Source: Candidatus Brocadiia bacterium
Lineage (GTDB): Bacteria; Planctomycetota; Brocadiia; CAIUPP01
DNA: 64,000 nucleotides
NCBI GenBank assembly: GCA_050015075.1
Contig: JBEKCB010000001.1
Span: 96,001-160,000, forward strand
Reading direction: 5' to 3'
The stretch's first letter is position 1; every line of letters starts with the position of its first letter. The translations under genes and the position numbers were made by a program. Positions 1 to 10,059 of this stretch are shown here, piece after piece. The notes under the pieces were generated by a model. That model was not told where the DNA came from. It saw only the letters and a program-made list of their open reading frames with translations, and did not search any database.

Positions 1-1231
1 GGATGCCGTTGGTGATGCTGCCGATCGGCACGTCGTCGGTGGGAAGTCCCGGCCACAGGTGATGCCAGAGCCCGCGCGAGACTCGGCCGTGCAGGGCGCT
101 GACGCCGTTGCAGTGAGCGGCCAGGCGCAGCGCGAGCACGGTCAGGCAGAATTCCTCGTTCGGGTTCTTCGGGTCCTCGCGGCCGAGCGCGACGAATTCT
201 TCCCAGCTTATGCCGATGTTCTTGATGTAGGCGCCCAGGCGCCGGTTGAGCAGGTCCACGTCGAACCGCTCGTTCCCGGCGGGCACCGGCGTGTGCGTGG
301 TGAAGACGTTCGTCGCCCAGACCACCTCGCGCGCCTCGGCGCGGGTGAGATGGTAGCGCTCCATGATCTGCCGCAGCCGCTCGACGGCCAGGAACGCGCT
401 GTGTCCCTCGTTCATGTGGCAGACGCTCGGCTCGATGCCCATGACCGTCAGCGCGCGCAAGCCGCCGATGCCCAGGAGAATCTCCTGGCGCAGGCGCATG
501 TCGCGGTCGCCCACATACAGGCGCGTGGTGATCGCGCGCTGCCCCGGCTCGTTCTCCGGCAGGTCCGTATCCAGCAGGAACAGCGGCACGCGGCCGACCT
601 GCACGCGCCAGAGGTGGAAGTGCACCGTCTCGCTGTCGAGCTCGATCTGCCCGCGCACCGGCTTGCCCGCCGCGTCCGAGACCAGCGTCACCGGCATGTT
701 GTACCAGTCGTTCCGGGGATACGCCTCCTGCTGCCAGCCGTCGGCGGAGAGGTATTGCTTCAGGTACCCTTCGCGGTAGAGCAGCCCCACCGCGACGAGC
801 GGCAGGCCCAGGTCGCTGGCGGATTTCAGGTGGTCGCCGGCGAGGACGCCCAGGCCGCCGGAGTAGATCGGCAGGCCGACGTCAATCCCGAACTCGGTGG
901 AGAAGTAGGCGATCGTCCGGCCGGTGGCGTTCGGATAGGTCTTGCTGAACCAGGTCGGCGCGTTCATGTAGGCGCGGAACTGCGCGTGGACGCGGTTCAT
1001 CGTCGCCAGGAACCCCTCGTCGCGCGCGAGTTCCTCGAACCGCTCCTGCGGCACCACGCCGAGCATCAGCGCCGGGTTCTGATACGTTTTGTCCCAGTAC
1101 TCCACGTCCATGCGGATGAAGAGCTGGACCGCTTCCCAGTTCCAACTGAACCAGATGTTGTACGCGATGTCGCGCAGCGGGTCGAGCGCTTTCGGCAGCT
1201 TGGGCAGGACATTGAAGGCGCGGACTTTCAT
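1..1231 (-). CDS. glgP: Alpha-glucan (glycogen/maltodextrin) phosphorylase, 3' part outside window
   Basis: Manual minus-strand translation from ATG at 1231: MKVRAFNVLPKLPKALDPLRDIAYNIWFSW..., AYFSTEFG, YSGGLGVLAGDHLKSASDLG, HMNEGHSAF, FTTHTPVPAG. Missing from the ORF track because it runs off the edge. Confidence 0.93.
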   Translation of the reverse strand, partial: MKVRAFNVLPKLPKALDPLRDIAYNIWFSWNWEAVQLFIRMDVEYWDKTYQNPALMLGVVPQERFEELARDEGFLATMNRVHAQFRAYMNAPTWFSKTYPNATGRTIAYFSTEFGIDVGLPIYSGGLGVLAGDHLKSASDLGLPLVAVGLLYREGYLKQYLSADGWQQEAYPRNDWYNMPVTLVSDAAGKPVRGQIELDSETVHFHLWRVQVGRVPLFLLDTDLPENEPGQRAITTRLYVGDRDMRLRQEILLGIGGLRALTVMGIEPSVCHMNEGHSAFLAVERLRQIMERYHLTRAEAREVVWATNVFTTHTPVPAGNERFDVDLLNRRLGAYIKNIGISWEEFVALGREDPKNPNEEFCLTVLALRLAAHCNGVSALHGRVSRGLWHHLWPGLPTDDVPIGSITNGI

Positions 1232-1401
1232 GGATTTCCCCTCACTGGATCAGGAGTTCCTTCTCGCAACCGCACTGGCTCCTAATCATTATCGTCGCTT
1301 TCGCGGTAAACAGAAGGCCGGCGATTACGATTTTGAGCAAGATGGCGATTGCGAAGGCCGCCGTGCAACGCGGCGCATTGTGCCATCGGCCCGGAGCACT
1401 G

Positions 1402-2289
1402 TCAAGACAGCAGTTTCGCCAGCCGGATGAACTGCGCCACGGTGAACTGCTCGCAGCGTTCCGCTTCCGTCGCGCCGATTTCCGCGAGGAGAAGCACGGC
1501 GGCCTCGCGATCTTTCACGCGCCTGGCCATCAGCAGGCTGCGCGCCGCCTGCTTGCGGCGGTGGCGGAAGAGGTCGCTCGCAACCTGCCGGAGTTTCTCC
1601 AGGTCGCCGGCCGCCGCACGGAGTTCCGCGTCGGGGCGGACGCGCAAGATGCTGCTGTCCACTTCCGGCTGCGGCCAGAACGCGCCCGGGCTGACGCGCC
1701 GCAGCACTTGCGTCCGCGCCGTGGCCTGGACAATGACGGAGAGATATCCGTACGCCTCCGTGCCGGGCGCCGCGCAGATGCGATCGGCGACTTCGCGTTG
1801 AACGGTCACAACCATCTCGCACGGGACCGGGCCTTGCAGCAGCAGCGCGGAGATGACCGCCGTGCTGACCGCGTACGGCAGGTTCGCCACGAGTTTGAGG
1901 CGCGCGCCCGGGATGGAATCCATCGCGGCGGCGACCGCGTCGCGCACTTCCGGCGCGAGCGCCGCTCCCGGGCCCATGGCGTCGGCGTGGATGAGCCGCA
2001 CGTTCGGCAGGCCCGCCAGCCGCTCCTCCGCCAGCGCGTGCAGCTTGCGGTCCACCTCGACGGCGACCACCACGCCGGCGGCTTCCGCCAGGCAGCCGGT
2101 CAGCCCGCCGGTCCCGGCGCCGATCTCGAGCGCCACGTCGCGCCGGTCGAGCTCAGCCTCCTCGACGACCCGCCGCATCAGCGCCGCGTCCACCAGGAAG
2201 TTCTGCCCGCGTACCCGGCTCGGCCGGATCCCGCGCGCCGTGAACAGCGCCTTCAGCTCGGCGGCCGTCGGGATGGAGCTTGTCGTCAT
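1402..2289 (-). CDS. rsmA: 16S rRNA dimethyladenosine transferase RsmA/KsgA
   Basis: GQNFLVD, LEIGAGTG, VANLPY and FWPQPEVDS motifs; lies downstream of pdxA. Confidence 0.93.
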   Translation of the reverse strand: MTTSSIPTAAELKALFTARGIRPSRVRGQNFLVDAALMRRVVEEAELDRRDVALEIGAGTGGLTGCLAEAAGVVVAVEVDRKLHALAEERLAGLPNVRLIHADAMGPGAALAPEVRDAVAAAMDSIPGARLKLVANLPYAVSTAVISALLLQGPVPCEMVVTVQREVADRICAAPGTEAYGYLSVIVQATARTQVLRRVSPGAFWPQPEVDSSILRVRPDAELRAAAGDLEKLRQVASDLFRHRRKQAARSLLMARRVKDREAAVLLLAEIGATEAERCEQFTVAQFIRLAKLLS

Positions 2290-3209
2290 GCGTTGACCTG
2301 CGGAATATTCTGCGCGGGCCGGCGCCGGAAAACCAATGCCAGCCCAATTAGACCGATTGCCGTAAGCTCCGCGCCCAACGTGTCGAGCCAGAGCGGTTGA
2401 ACCAAGCCTGGAGGGAGTCGAGCCGAATAGCCGGGAATCATCCAGGGGAAAGCGCCCATCGTGACGAGCGTCGGCTTGAGGTTAATCAACGCGTGGAATA
2501 TTACGCACGGCCAGAGCGATCGGGTCCGCACGTAAATCCATCCAGCGAGGAGGCCGGCGAAGAAGGCCCCGACTAATTGAAACGGATTACGGTGGAAAAG
2601 CGCGAACAGCACGGCCGATACCAGGATTGCCGTCGGCGCTGAGTATCGCCGCAGCAATCCGCCGAGTATGAGTCCGCGGAAAACGGCCTCCTCGATGAGA
2701 GGCGTAACCCCCACCACGGAGAGGAGTTCGATCGGAGGCGCCCGGCGGTGCACCGAGAACAGTTTGACAAGCCGGTCGGGTAGCGCGAAGAACCAATACG
2801 GCACGCGACCAGCTTCGGGATTCAGAATGCCAAACCCCGCCGCCGCAACGATCATCGGAAGCAGGAGCCACCCGCTGAAACGCTTCAGGCTCAGCGCCTC
2901 ACTCCAGGAACTGGAGGTCTTGCGGAAGCCGAAGTTCAGCAGAACGACGGCAGCGGCACATCTGACCCCGAGGTACATAAGGTCACTGAACATGTGCGAT
3001 AGCTTTATCAGTATCGCAAATACTGCTACGATCCGCGACATGCCATAGAGCAAACCCATAAAAATCGCCGTATAAGCAATGGCACAGAAGATCCCCATGG
3101 CAGGAGGCTTTTCCGAGAGCGGCTGAGACTTGGGATGTTCGGCCGATACCGATGGCGGCACCTGAGCCGTGCCGCCGCCAGCCGCTTTTGTCGGAAGATC
3201 GCTATCCAT
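2286..3209 (-). CDS. CPBP (CAAX/Abi) family intramembrane metalloprotease
   Basis: EEAVFRG, FALFH and HALIN motifs with multiple TM segments. Start chosen at the ATG overlapping the pdxA stop. Confidence 0.85.
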   Translation of the reverse strand: MDSDLPTKAAGGGTAQVPPSVSAEHPKSQPLSEKPPAMGIFCAIAYTAIFMGLLYGMSRIVAVFAILIKLSHMFSDLMYLGVRCAAAVVLLNFGFRKTSSSWSEALSLKRFSGWLLLPMIVAAAGFGILNPEAGRVPYWFFALPDRLVKLFSVHRRAPPIELLSVVGVTPLIEEAVFRGLILGGLLRRYSAPTAILVSAVLFALFHRNPFQLVGAFFAGLLAGWIYVRTRSLWPCVIFHALINLKPTLVTMGAFPWMIPGYSARLPPGLVQPLWLDTLGAELTAIGLIGLALVFRRRPAQNIPQVNA

Positions 3210-4200
3210 GCCTTCGCGCCATGTCCGCGGCGAGCAGTATTGCGGCAATCATGCTGCCGGGATCGGCTGTTCCCTGGCGCACGATGTCGTACGCCGTGCC
3301 GTGGTCGGGCGAAGTGCGGATGATCGGCAGCCCGAGCGTGACGTTCACGCCGCTGTCGAACGCCAGCATCTTGACCGGGATGCACGCCTGGTCGTGGAAC
3401 ATGGCGACGAAAGCGTCGTGGCGCGCGCGGAGCTTCGGCGTGAAGGCCGCGTCGGCCGGGATCGGGCCGTCGCAGGCGATGCCTTCGCGCCGCGCCTGCC
3501 GGATCGCCGGCGCGATGGACTTCGCTTCCTCGCGGCCGAACAGCCCCGCCTCGCCCGCGTGCGGATTCAGCCCGCAGACGGCGATGCGCGGCTTCCGCAG
3601 CCCGAACCATCGGCGCAGGTCTCGATGGACGATGCGGATCGTATCGAGCACGTTCTTCCGTGTGATGAGCCCGGGCAGATCCTTGATCGCCGCGTGCGTC
3701 GTCACCAGCGCCACGCGCAGCCCGCCGCCGGCCATCATCATCACCGGCTTGCGGACGCCGGCGCTCTCGGCGATCATCTCGGTGTGGCCGGGCCAGTCAT
3801 AGCCTGCTTTGTGGAGCGCCTCTTTGCTGATCGGCGCGGTCACGACCGCGTCAATCCGGCGGTCGAGCGCCATCTGGACGGCGCACTCGATCCACGCCGC
3901 CGAGGCGGCGCCGCCCGCGGCGGTGGGACGGCCGAGCAGCGCCAGCCGGCCCGGACATTCTCCGCACTCCATCAGGAATGGGCCCGCATCGCGTCCGATC
4001 GGCTCGTCGGTGACGCCGCGGAGCCTCACCGCATGAAGATCAAGTTCACGCGCGACGCGATGCAGAACCGCCGCGCTTCCAAAGACCATGAACCGCGCTG
4101 CCGCCCGCACCCGCCGGTCGGCCAGCGCGCGAAGGACCACCTCCGGCCCGATGCCGCTGGGGTCGCCGATCGTGATGCCGATGAGCGGCTTGCGCGACAT
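3202..4200 (-). CDS. pdxA: 4-hydroxythreonine-4-phosphate dehydrogenase
   Basis: ITIGDPSGIGPE, PGHTE, GLNPHAGE, MFHDQ and RTSPDHGTAYDI motifs; GGAGG upstream of ATG 4200. Confidence 0.95.
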   Translation of the reverse strand: MSRKPLIGITIGDPSGIGPEVVLRALADRRVRAAARFMVFGSAAVLHRVARELDLHAVRLRGVTDEPIGRDAGPFLMECGECPGRLALLGRPTAAGGAASAAWIECAVQMALDRRIDAVVTAPISKEALHKAGYDWPGHTEMIAESAGVRKPVMMMAGGGLRVALVTTHAAIKDLPGLITRKNVLDTIRIVHRDLRRWFGLRKPRIAVCGLNPHAGEAGLFGREEAKSIAPAIRQARREGIACDGPIPADAAFTPKLRARHDAFVAMFHDQACIPVKMLAFDSGVNVTLGLPIIRTSPDHGTAYDIVRQGTADPGSMIAAILLAADMARRHG

Positions 4201-4227
4201 GGTTGCGCATTCCTCCACTTCGTCCGC

Positions 4228-4302
4228 GTGCTGGACCTCGTCCTCGTCCTCGTCGTCGTCCTCGAACTCGAACGAACGGGACGACCGAGGACGCGGACGA
4301 TA
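4228..4302. repeat. GTCCTC/GAGGAC periodic palindrome (family A)
   Basis: CTCGTCCTCGTCCTCGTCGTCGTCCTCGAAC...CGAGGACGCGGACGA; related copies near 40305, 41062 and 63864. Confidence 0.8.
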
Positions 4303-4309
4303 GAGACCC

Positions 4310-4969
4310 CTATTTGAATCCGTGCTCTTCCAAAAACCCTTCCGTCAGCCGCCCGGACGGCATGACGCCGCGCCCGCCGCGCGAGGCGGAGAGGAACCGG
4401 GCCACGTACTTTCCGATCACGTCGAGTTCCAGGTTCACCCGGTCGCCGGCGGACTTCCTGCGGAGCGTGGTGTGGTCGAGCGTGTGCGGGATGACCGCGA
4501 CGGAGAACCGGTCCGGCGCGACCTCGGCCAACGTCAGGCTGATGCCGTCCACCGCGATGGAGCCTTTGAGGATCAAGCACGAGAGTATCTCCGGCGCGGC
4601 GGAGACCGCCAGCGTGACCTGGCCGGGCGAGGCTTCCAGCCGTTCGATCCGGCCGACGCCGTCCACGTGGCCGAGCACGAAATGGCCGCCCAGACGGTCG
4701 CCGACGCGGAGCGACCGTTCGAGGTTGACCTCGCCGCCGGCCGCGAGGCCGCCGAGCGTGCTGACGCGCAGCGTCTCGGCGCTCACGTCGAATTCCGCCG
4801 CGCTGCCGCCGATGCGCGCCACCGTCAGGCACGCGCCGTCCACCGAGACGCTATCGCCGATCCGAACGTCCTCGGCGAGCGCGCCCAGTTCCACCCGCAA
4901 CCGCCCGCTCGCGTCGCCGGCCGTCAGCCCGAGGACTTTGCCGGTGCCTTCGATGATCCCCGTGAACAT
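4310..4969 (-). CDS. ribE: Riboflavin synthase (alpha chain)
   Basis: MFTGII start, GDSVSVDGACLTV, VNLERSL, GGHFVLGHVDG, GSIAVDGISLT. Confidence 0.96.
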   Translation of the reverse strand: MFTGIIEGTGKVLGLTAGDASGRLRVELGALAEDVRIGDSVSVDGACLTVARIGGSAAEFDVSAETLRVSTLGGLAAGGEVNLERSLRVGDRLGGHFVLGHVDGVGRIERLEASPGQVTLAVSAAPEILSCLILKGSIAVDGISLTLAEVAPDRFSVAVIPHTLDHTTLRRKSAGDRVNLELDVIGKYVARFLSASRGGRGVMPSGRLTEGFLEEHGFK

Positions 4970-4983
4970 GCCGCGCTCCAGGC

Positions 4984-5013
4984 TTGGATATTGGAAATTG
5001 GAATTTGGATATT
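4984..5013. repeat. Heptamer tandem array (TTGGAWW)x4, single arm
   Basis: TTGGATA TTGGAAA TTGGAAT TTGGATA. Confidence 0.7.
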
Positions 5014-5015
5014 CC

Positions 5016-5774
5016 TCACTTCAACTTCCCATACGCCGCGTCGGCGTTGACGAAGACTTTCTGGATCTCCGCCACGATCGGCGGAAGGCCTTCCGCATTC
5101 GGAGGATAGTAACTGATGCTCATGATCGAGTAGAAGTTGTCCCTGTTGTCCAGGGTCTTGACGCTGCCGTCGTGGAACAGGATGTTGACGGAGTCGCCTG
5201 AATGCGCGGGTTCCGGATAGGGCGGACAACTGACGTCCAGCGCAAGCGCGCGCATGACTTTCCCCAGCGGGTTCTGCCCGAGCGAGTCCACGTGGAACGG
5301 GCCCGTTCCGATGCATTCCTGGCGATAGAGGTACGAGCAGTACGCGTCGCCGCCGGCTTTGCCGGCCGGCATTCCGATTCGCGCTCCGTCCACCTGATCC
5401 GAGTTGCACGTATCCAGCGCGCAAAACAGCGTGCGCGGCGCGTCCAGGTAGCGCTGCGTTACCAGCACGCCGAGGCTGTCCGGAGCGCCCGCGGCGTTGT
5501 TCCAGACCTGGTTCGTCGGGGAATCAGTCACTGCAGGGATGCAGCCGTTATAATGCTGGCAGTAGCTGAAAATCGCCATCCCGATCTGCCGGAGATTGCT
5601 TTGGCATTGCCCGATGCGCGAAATATTCCGCGCCGCCGTGATCCCCGGCACCAGCAGCGCCGCCAGCATGGCCATGATGCCGAACACGATGAGCAGTTCG
5701 ATCAGCGTAACGCCGCCTTTGCAGGACCTTCTCAAAGTCGCTCCGCCTTTATGAAAGCCGCCGTCAGAGTTCAT
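5016..5774 (-). CDS. Prepilin-type N-terminal cleavage / H-X9-DG (DUF1559-like) protein
   Basis: G|VTLIELLIV N-methylation motif, CQSNLRQIG, C-terminal HSGDSVNILFHDGSV. Start uncertain (alternative TTG 5735). Confidence 0.85.
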   Translation of the reverse strand: MNSDGGFHKGGATLRRSCKGGVTLIELLIVFGIMAMLAALLVPGITAARNISRIGQCQSNLRQIGMAIFSYCQHYNGCIPAVTDSPTNQVWNNAAGAPDSLGVLVTQRYLDAPRTLFCALDTCNSDQVDGARIGMPAGKAGGDAYCSYLYRQECIGTGPFHVDSLGQNPLGKVMRALALDVSCPPYPEPAHSGDSVNILFHDGSVKTLDNRDNFYSIMSISYYPPNAEGLPPIVAEIQKVFVNADAAYGKLK

Positions 5775-6681
5775 GCACCCAGCCTTTCGCCGGCAGGCGC
5801 TTGCGCGCGGCGCCGCGGCCGAGCCACAAGCCGGAGCCGGCGGTCACCTGGCCGATGCACGTCGCGCGGACGGGCAGGTCCGTCCGCCGCAGCAGCGCCT
5901 CCGCCTCGGCCGCGCCCACCGTGAAGAACAGCTCATAGTCCTCGCCGTCGGTCAGCGCGTGCTCCAGAGGCGTTTTCCCCGAAGACCGCGACAGCTCGCC
6001 GGCGGCGCGGCTGATCGGGATGGCCTCGTCCCAAAGCTCGATCGCGACGCGGCTCTCCTCGGCCACGTGCCCCGCGTCGGCGGCCAGGCCGTCGCTCAAA
6101 TCCACCATGGCATGAATCGCGATCCGGCCGCGCAGCCACTTCGCCTCGTTCAGCCGCGGCAGGAAGGAAAGATGCCGGCCCAGGATCGAGCCGCCGAGTT
6201 CGCCGGTGACGAGCGCCCAGTCGCCCGGCCGCGCCCCGGACCGGAGCGCCAGCGCGGTTTCATCCCCCGCGCCCAGCGCGGTGACCGTGAGCGTGAGCGG
6301 CAGGTCGCCCGAGGCAATGTCGCCGCCGACGATCTGCACGCCGAACGCGTCGGCGACGGACTTCATGCCGAGGAAGAGTTCCTGGAAGTACTTCGAATCC
6401 ATCCCGCGCGGCGCCGCCAGCGCGACGACCACCGCGAGCGCATCGCCGGCCATCGCCGCGATGTCCGAAAGGCCGCGCGCCATCGCCTTGTGCCCGACCT
6501 GCGCGGCGGAGGCCGTCCGCGGATCGAAGTGCACTCCGGCGATGACCATGTCCGTGGTCACGAGAAGGACTTTGCCCGCCGGCATCCGCAGCGCGGCGCA
6601 ATCGTCCCCGATCCCGACCGCCACCGCCGGCGATGCGCCGACCTGCTGCCGAATCCAGCGGATGAGGTCCAGTTCGTTCAT
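5764..6681 (-). CDS. thiL: Thiamine-monophosphate kinase
   Basis: GIGDDCA, GVHF, GLSDIAAM, VGGD, DLSDGL, GEDYELFFT. Confidence 0.94.
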   Translation of the reverse strand: MNELDLIRWIRQQVGASPAVAVGIGDDCAALRMPAGKVLLVTTDMVIAGVHFDPRTASAAQVGHKAMARGLSDIAAMAGDALAVVVALAAPRGMDSKYFQELFLGMKSVADAFGVQIVGGDIASGDLPLTLTVTALGAGDETALALRSGARPGDWALVTGELGGSILGRHLSFLPRLNEAKWLRGRIAIHAMVDLSDGLAADAGHVAEESRVAIELWDEAIPISRAAGELSRSSGKTPLEHALTDGEDYELFFTVGAAEAEALLRRTDLPVRATCIGQVTAGSGLWLGRGAARKRLPAKGWVHEL

Positions 6682-6697
6682 CTCTTCAACTTACAAA

Positions 6698-6754
6698 GGG
6701 GAGATTGGGAAATTGAACGCCTCAATCTCCCAATCACCCAATCCCCTAATCACC
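6698..6754. repeat. Short periodic palindrome GGGAGATTG...CAATCTCCC
   Basis: GGGAGATTGGGAAATTGA ... TCAATCTCCCAATCACCCAATCCCCTAATC. Confidence 0.65.
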
Positions 6755-8122
6755 CACCGTCACTCTCGTGAAGGCGCGGAAATCCTGCCGCACGACCACC
6801 ACGATCACGCGCTCGCCGGCGATGGTGGTGCGCAGGGCCGCCGAGGCGTCGCGGAGGTTCCGCACCGGGTTAGACCCGATCTGGATGATCACGTCGCCGC
6901 GCTCGAGCCCCGCACGCTGCGCGGGCCCGTCGGGCGCGATCTCAGCCGCATACACGCCGAAATCCACGGCCTTGCCGGCCTGCCGGGCGAACTCGGGCGT
7001 CAGGTCGCTGCCGGTGAGGCCGAACTTCTCCTGCAGGAGTTCCTTGGGCGAAGGCTGCGGGTGCTGGCCGAGCGTGAGCTTCACGTCCAGCGCCTGGCCG
7101 CCGCGCTCCACGCGCAGCGCGATGGCGTCGCCGGGCTTATGCTCCACGATCTGCATGAAGAAATCGAACAGGTCGCCCACCGGCCAGCCGTCCACGGACG
7201 CGATGACGTCGTTGACTTGCAGGACTTTTTCCGCCGGGCTTCGGGCTTCGAGCTGCGTCACGCGCGCGCCTTTCCGGCCCGGGACCGTGGCGCCGCGCAG
7301 ACCCGCCCAGGCCTCGCAGGCCTGCGGCGTCGCCAGCAGCGGAGCGAGGACGTCGCGCGCCCGGTCAATCGGAATCGCGAAGCCGATCCCCTGCGCGCCG
7401 TCCACGATCGCGCTGTTGATGCCGATCAGCTCGCCCAGGATGTTGACCAGCGGGCCGCCGCTGTTGCCCGGGTTGATCAGCGCGCTGGTCTGGATGAGGC
7501 CGGTGTAATGGACCGCGTCGTCGCCGTCGCCGATGGTGATCTGGCGGTTCAGCGCCGAGACGATCCCGGAGGTCACGGAGCTTTCGAAGCCGAACGGATT
7601 GCCGACGGCGATGACCGGCTCGCCGAGCATGAGGTCGGACGAGACGCCCATCGGGATCGCCGTGAGCGGCGTGGCCGTCTGCGCGCGCAGGAGCGCCAGG
7701 TCCTCGGCCGGGTCGGCGGCCAGCACGACGGCGTCGAACGTCTCGCCGGTGTTCAGCGAAAGCTTGACGTTCGAGGCGCGGCGCACGACGTGCTCATTGG
7801 TGATCACCAGCCCGCTCGCGGTGATGACGCAGCCCGAGCCGAGCGGTGCGTTGACTTTGCGCTGCTCCGTCGCGGGGCCGCGGAAGAAATCCCGGAAGAA
7901 CCGGTCAAAGGCGTCATCGCCCGTGCCGAAAGGGACCAGTCCGCCGCCGCGCGTGACCAGCATGCGCTCGGTGCTGATGTTGACGACGCAGTCCTGCACT
8001 TTCTCGACGGCCGCGACAGTCGGCGTGCGCCGCAGCGCCAGGCGCGCCTCGGCGTCATCGTCGGCGGCGGCGCAGAGCGGAAAGGCCGCCAGCAGCGCGA
8101 GGACCATGAACAGGCGATTCAA
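6746..8122 (-). CDS. DegP/DegQ-like trypsin serine protease with two PDZ domains
   Basis: Signal peptide, GSGCVI, TNEHVV, EDLALL, INPGNSGGPL and two PDZ-like segments. TTG start overlaps the upstream TGA; the 678-aa ORF-track extension is spurious. Confidence 0.9.
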   Translation of the reverse strand: MNRLFMVLALLAAFPLCAAADDDAEARLALRRTPTVAAVEKVQDCVVNISTERMLVTRGGGLVPFGTGDDAFDRFFRDFFRGPATEQRKVNAPLGSGCVITASGLVITNEHVVRRASNVKLSLNTGETFDAVVLAADPAEDLALLRAQTATPLTAIPMGVSSDLMLGEPVIAVGNPFGFESSVTSGIVSALNRQITIGDGDDAVHYTGLIQTSALINPGNSGGPLVNILGELIGINSAIVDGAQGIGFAIPIDRARDVLAPLLATPQACEAWAGLRGATVPGRKGARVTQLEARSPAEKVLQVNDVIASVDGWPVGDLFDFFMQIVEHKPGDAIALRVERGGQALDVKLTLGQHPQPSPKELLQEKFGLTGSDLTPEFARQAGKAVDFGVYAAEIAPDGPAQRAGLERGDVIIQIGSNPVRNLRDASAALRTTIAGERVIVVVVRQDFRAFTRVTVGD

Positions 8123-10044
8123 CGGCTCTCCTTGGGCGGTTCGGGCTTCTTCGGCATCACGAAATCCACCAGGAAAAGGTTGACGGTCGGTCCCTTGAGC
8201 ACAAAGATGCGCTCGCCGCCGGCGATCATGGCGTAGGAGTCGCCTTCGGAAAGTTCCTTTCCGATCAGCACCGTCTTCAGCGCCGGCGGCGCGGCCGGCT
8301 GGCCGGGCTTCGGCGTCTCGGCGGGCTTGAGCGAAACGGTCACCTGGATGCGCGGCGCGTCGAGCCCGTACGCGGCGAGGCTCTGCGTCTTCTCGGCCTC
8401 GACCCGCTTGGCGTCGAGAAAGGCGAGGCCGTAGAGAAGGTTCTCGACCCGGGCGCGGTTCGCCTCGCCCGGCGCAGGCTCGACGACCATCCAGCGGTTG
8501 TCGCGCTGCTCGAGCGCCACGGCGCCGTCCGGCCGGACGATCCGCACGGCCACGGCCTCGTCCTTGTTGAACTCGAGCATCGTCCGCGAGACGAACAGCA
8601 GCGGCCCGACGGCCAGGCTCGCGAGCAGTTCGGCCGGGACGATGAGGATCGGCCCCTGGTCGCCGCGGCGGGCGTAGCAGGTCTCCGGCTTGTCGGCGGG
8701 CTTGCCGAACCGGAGCGTGTCCGGCGCGGCGTCCGGCTGGGTTTGCAGCGTGATCGTCATTTGCGGCGCCGCCAGGCCGCACTCGGCCAGGCGCTCGGGC
8801 GGCGGATTATCCACCCAGTCGGTCACTTCGAGGTTGTGCAGATCGTTGAGGAAAAGCACGGCCCGTTCCGGGTCCACCGTCACGCCGGCGGGTTCTTCCA
8901 TCGTCCACGGGTCCTTCGAGTGAACGAGGCGGATCGTCTGCGCGGGCTTGCCCGGATCGGCGGCAGGGGCGATGGTGATCGCGGTCACCTGGTCGGCGTT
9001 GAAATCCAGCGCGACCCGCGAGCGCAGGTCCGCGGCTGATTTCATGAGTCCGTCGGCGGCCTGTTTATCGAGCGCGAAGACGGAGACACCGCCTTCGCGC
9101 CGGGCGTAACACTTGTCCGGATGGTCCTTTACGTCCGCTCCGAGCAAAAGAGCGAGGCTGGTCTGTCCTTCGAGGACGGACAGTTTGAAGCGGGGCTTGT
9201 CGAGGCCGAACTCCGCGGCGCGGCTGTCGTCGCCGTCGGCGATGAAGTCGTCAGCGCCCACGCGCAGCGCGGCGAGCGCGTCGAGCAGGCGCGCGACAGC
9301 CGCTGCGTCGGCGTCGTCCTCGACAGCGCCGGCCAGGCGCCAGCCGGTCGCTTCCCTGCTGAGCGCGAGCGCCGTCCCGCCTGCGGTGAGCGCGGTCGAA
9401 CCGCCGGCGCGGACGAGGTCCACGCGCGTGACGGCTGTTTTGTCGAAGCGGAGCGCGGCCTTGTCGCGCAGGTCATTGACGCGTTCGGAGGCCTTCTCCA
9501 GGAGGCTGACCGGCGCCACGCTGACCAAGGGCGTCTTCGCGTCTGCGCGCGCGACGTACACGCTCTGCCGGTCCGGCGTCTGCGCGCCGACGTTCAGCGT
9601 CCACGATTTATCGCCGATGCCGAAAGTGATCGAGCGTTCGGGCGGTTCGAGGCCGTAGGACTTCAGGTCGAGCGGCTGGCCTGCTTCGGGCGTGAGCCTG
9701 CGCGTGGCTTTCAGGAATTCGATCTCGCCGAGGAGGGCAATGACGGCGCCGGAATCGGCCGACACGCTCAGGGGCTTGACGATGCGCCACTCGCGGTTCA
9801 GACCTTCGGCCGGCCGTTCGAGCTCGATCGTGGCGTCGCCGTGGCGCAGTTCGAGCTTCGTCGCGAGGTCCGAAAGTCCCGACAGGCTCGGCGCGCCCGG
9901 CTCATGGAACTCGCTCCCGGCGAAGAGGCGCGACTGCTCCTCCTTGAACGTGCTCGTGCTCGGCTGCCGCGCCGTGTACATCAGAAGGAACGCGCCGAGG
10001 CCGATGACCAAGACCAGGAGGATGATCGTCATCCGGAGTTTCAT
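8119..10044 (-). CDS. DUF4340 repeat protein (Gld-type ABC accessory)
   Basis: N-terminal TM and three repeats containing YGL/FGL..P motifs; follows a GldG-like gene. Confidence 0.8.
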   Translation of the reverse strand: MKLRMTIILLVLVIGLGAFLLMYTARQPSTSTFKEEQSRLFAGSEFHEPGAPSLSGLSDLATKLELRHGDATIELERPAEGLNREWRIVKPLSVSADSGAVIALLGEIEFLKATRRLTPEAGQPLDLKSYGLEPPERSITFGIGDKSWTLNVGAQTPDRQSVYVARADAKTPLVSVAPVSLLEKASERVNDLRDKAALRFDKTAVTRVDLVRAGGSTALTAGGTALALSREATGWRLAGAVEDDADAAAVARLLDALAALRVGADDFIADGDDSRAAEFGLDKPRFKLSVLEGQTSLALLLGADVKDHPDKCYARREGGVSVFALDKQAADGLMKSAADLRSRVALDFNADQVTAITIAPAADPGKPAQTIRLVHSKDPWTMEEPAGVTVDPERAVLFLNDLHNLEVTDWVDNPPPERLAECGLAAPQMTITLQTQPDAAPDTLRFGKPADKPETCYARRGDQGPILIVPAELLASLAVGPLLFVSRTMLEFNKDEAVAVRIVRPDGAVALEQRDNRWMVVEPAPGEANRARVENLLYGLAFLDAKRVEAEKTQSLAAYGLDAPRIQVTVSLKPAETPKPGQPAAPPALKTVLIGKELSEGDSYAMIAGGERIFVLKGPTVNLFLVDFVMPKKPEPPKESR

Positions 10045-10059
10045 TTACGCTTTCCTCTC

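Noticed and set aside
5284-5299. Second parS (GAGTCCACGTGGAACG)
   Set aside because: Several mismatches in the arms; lies in coding sequence and is likely chance.
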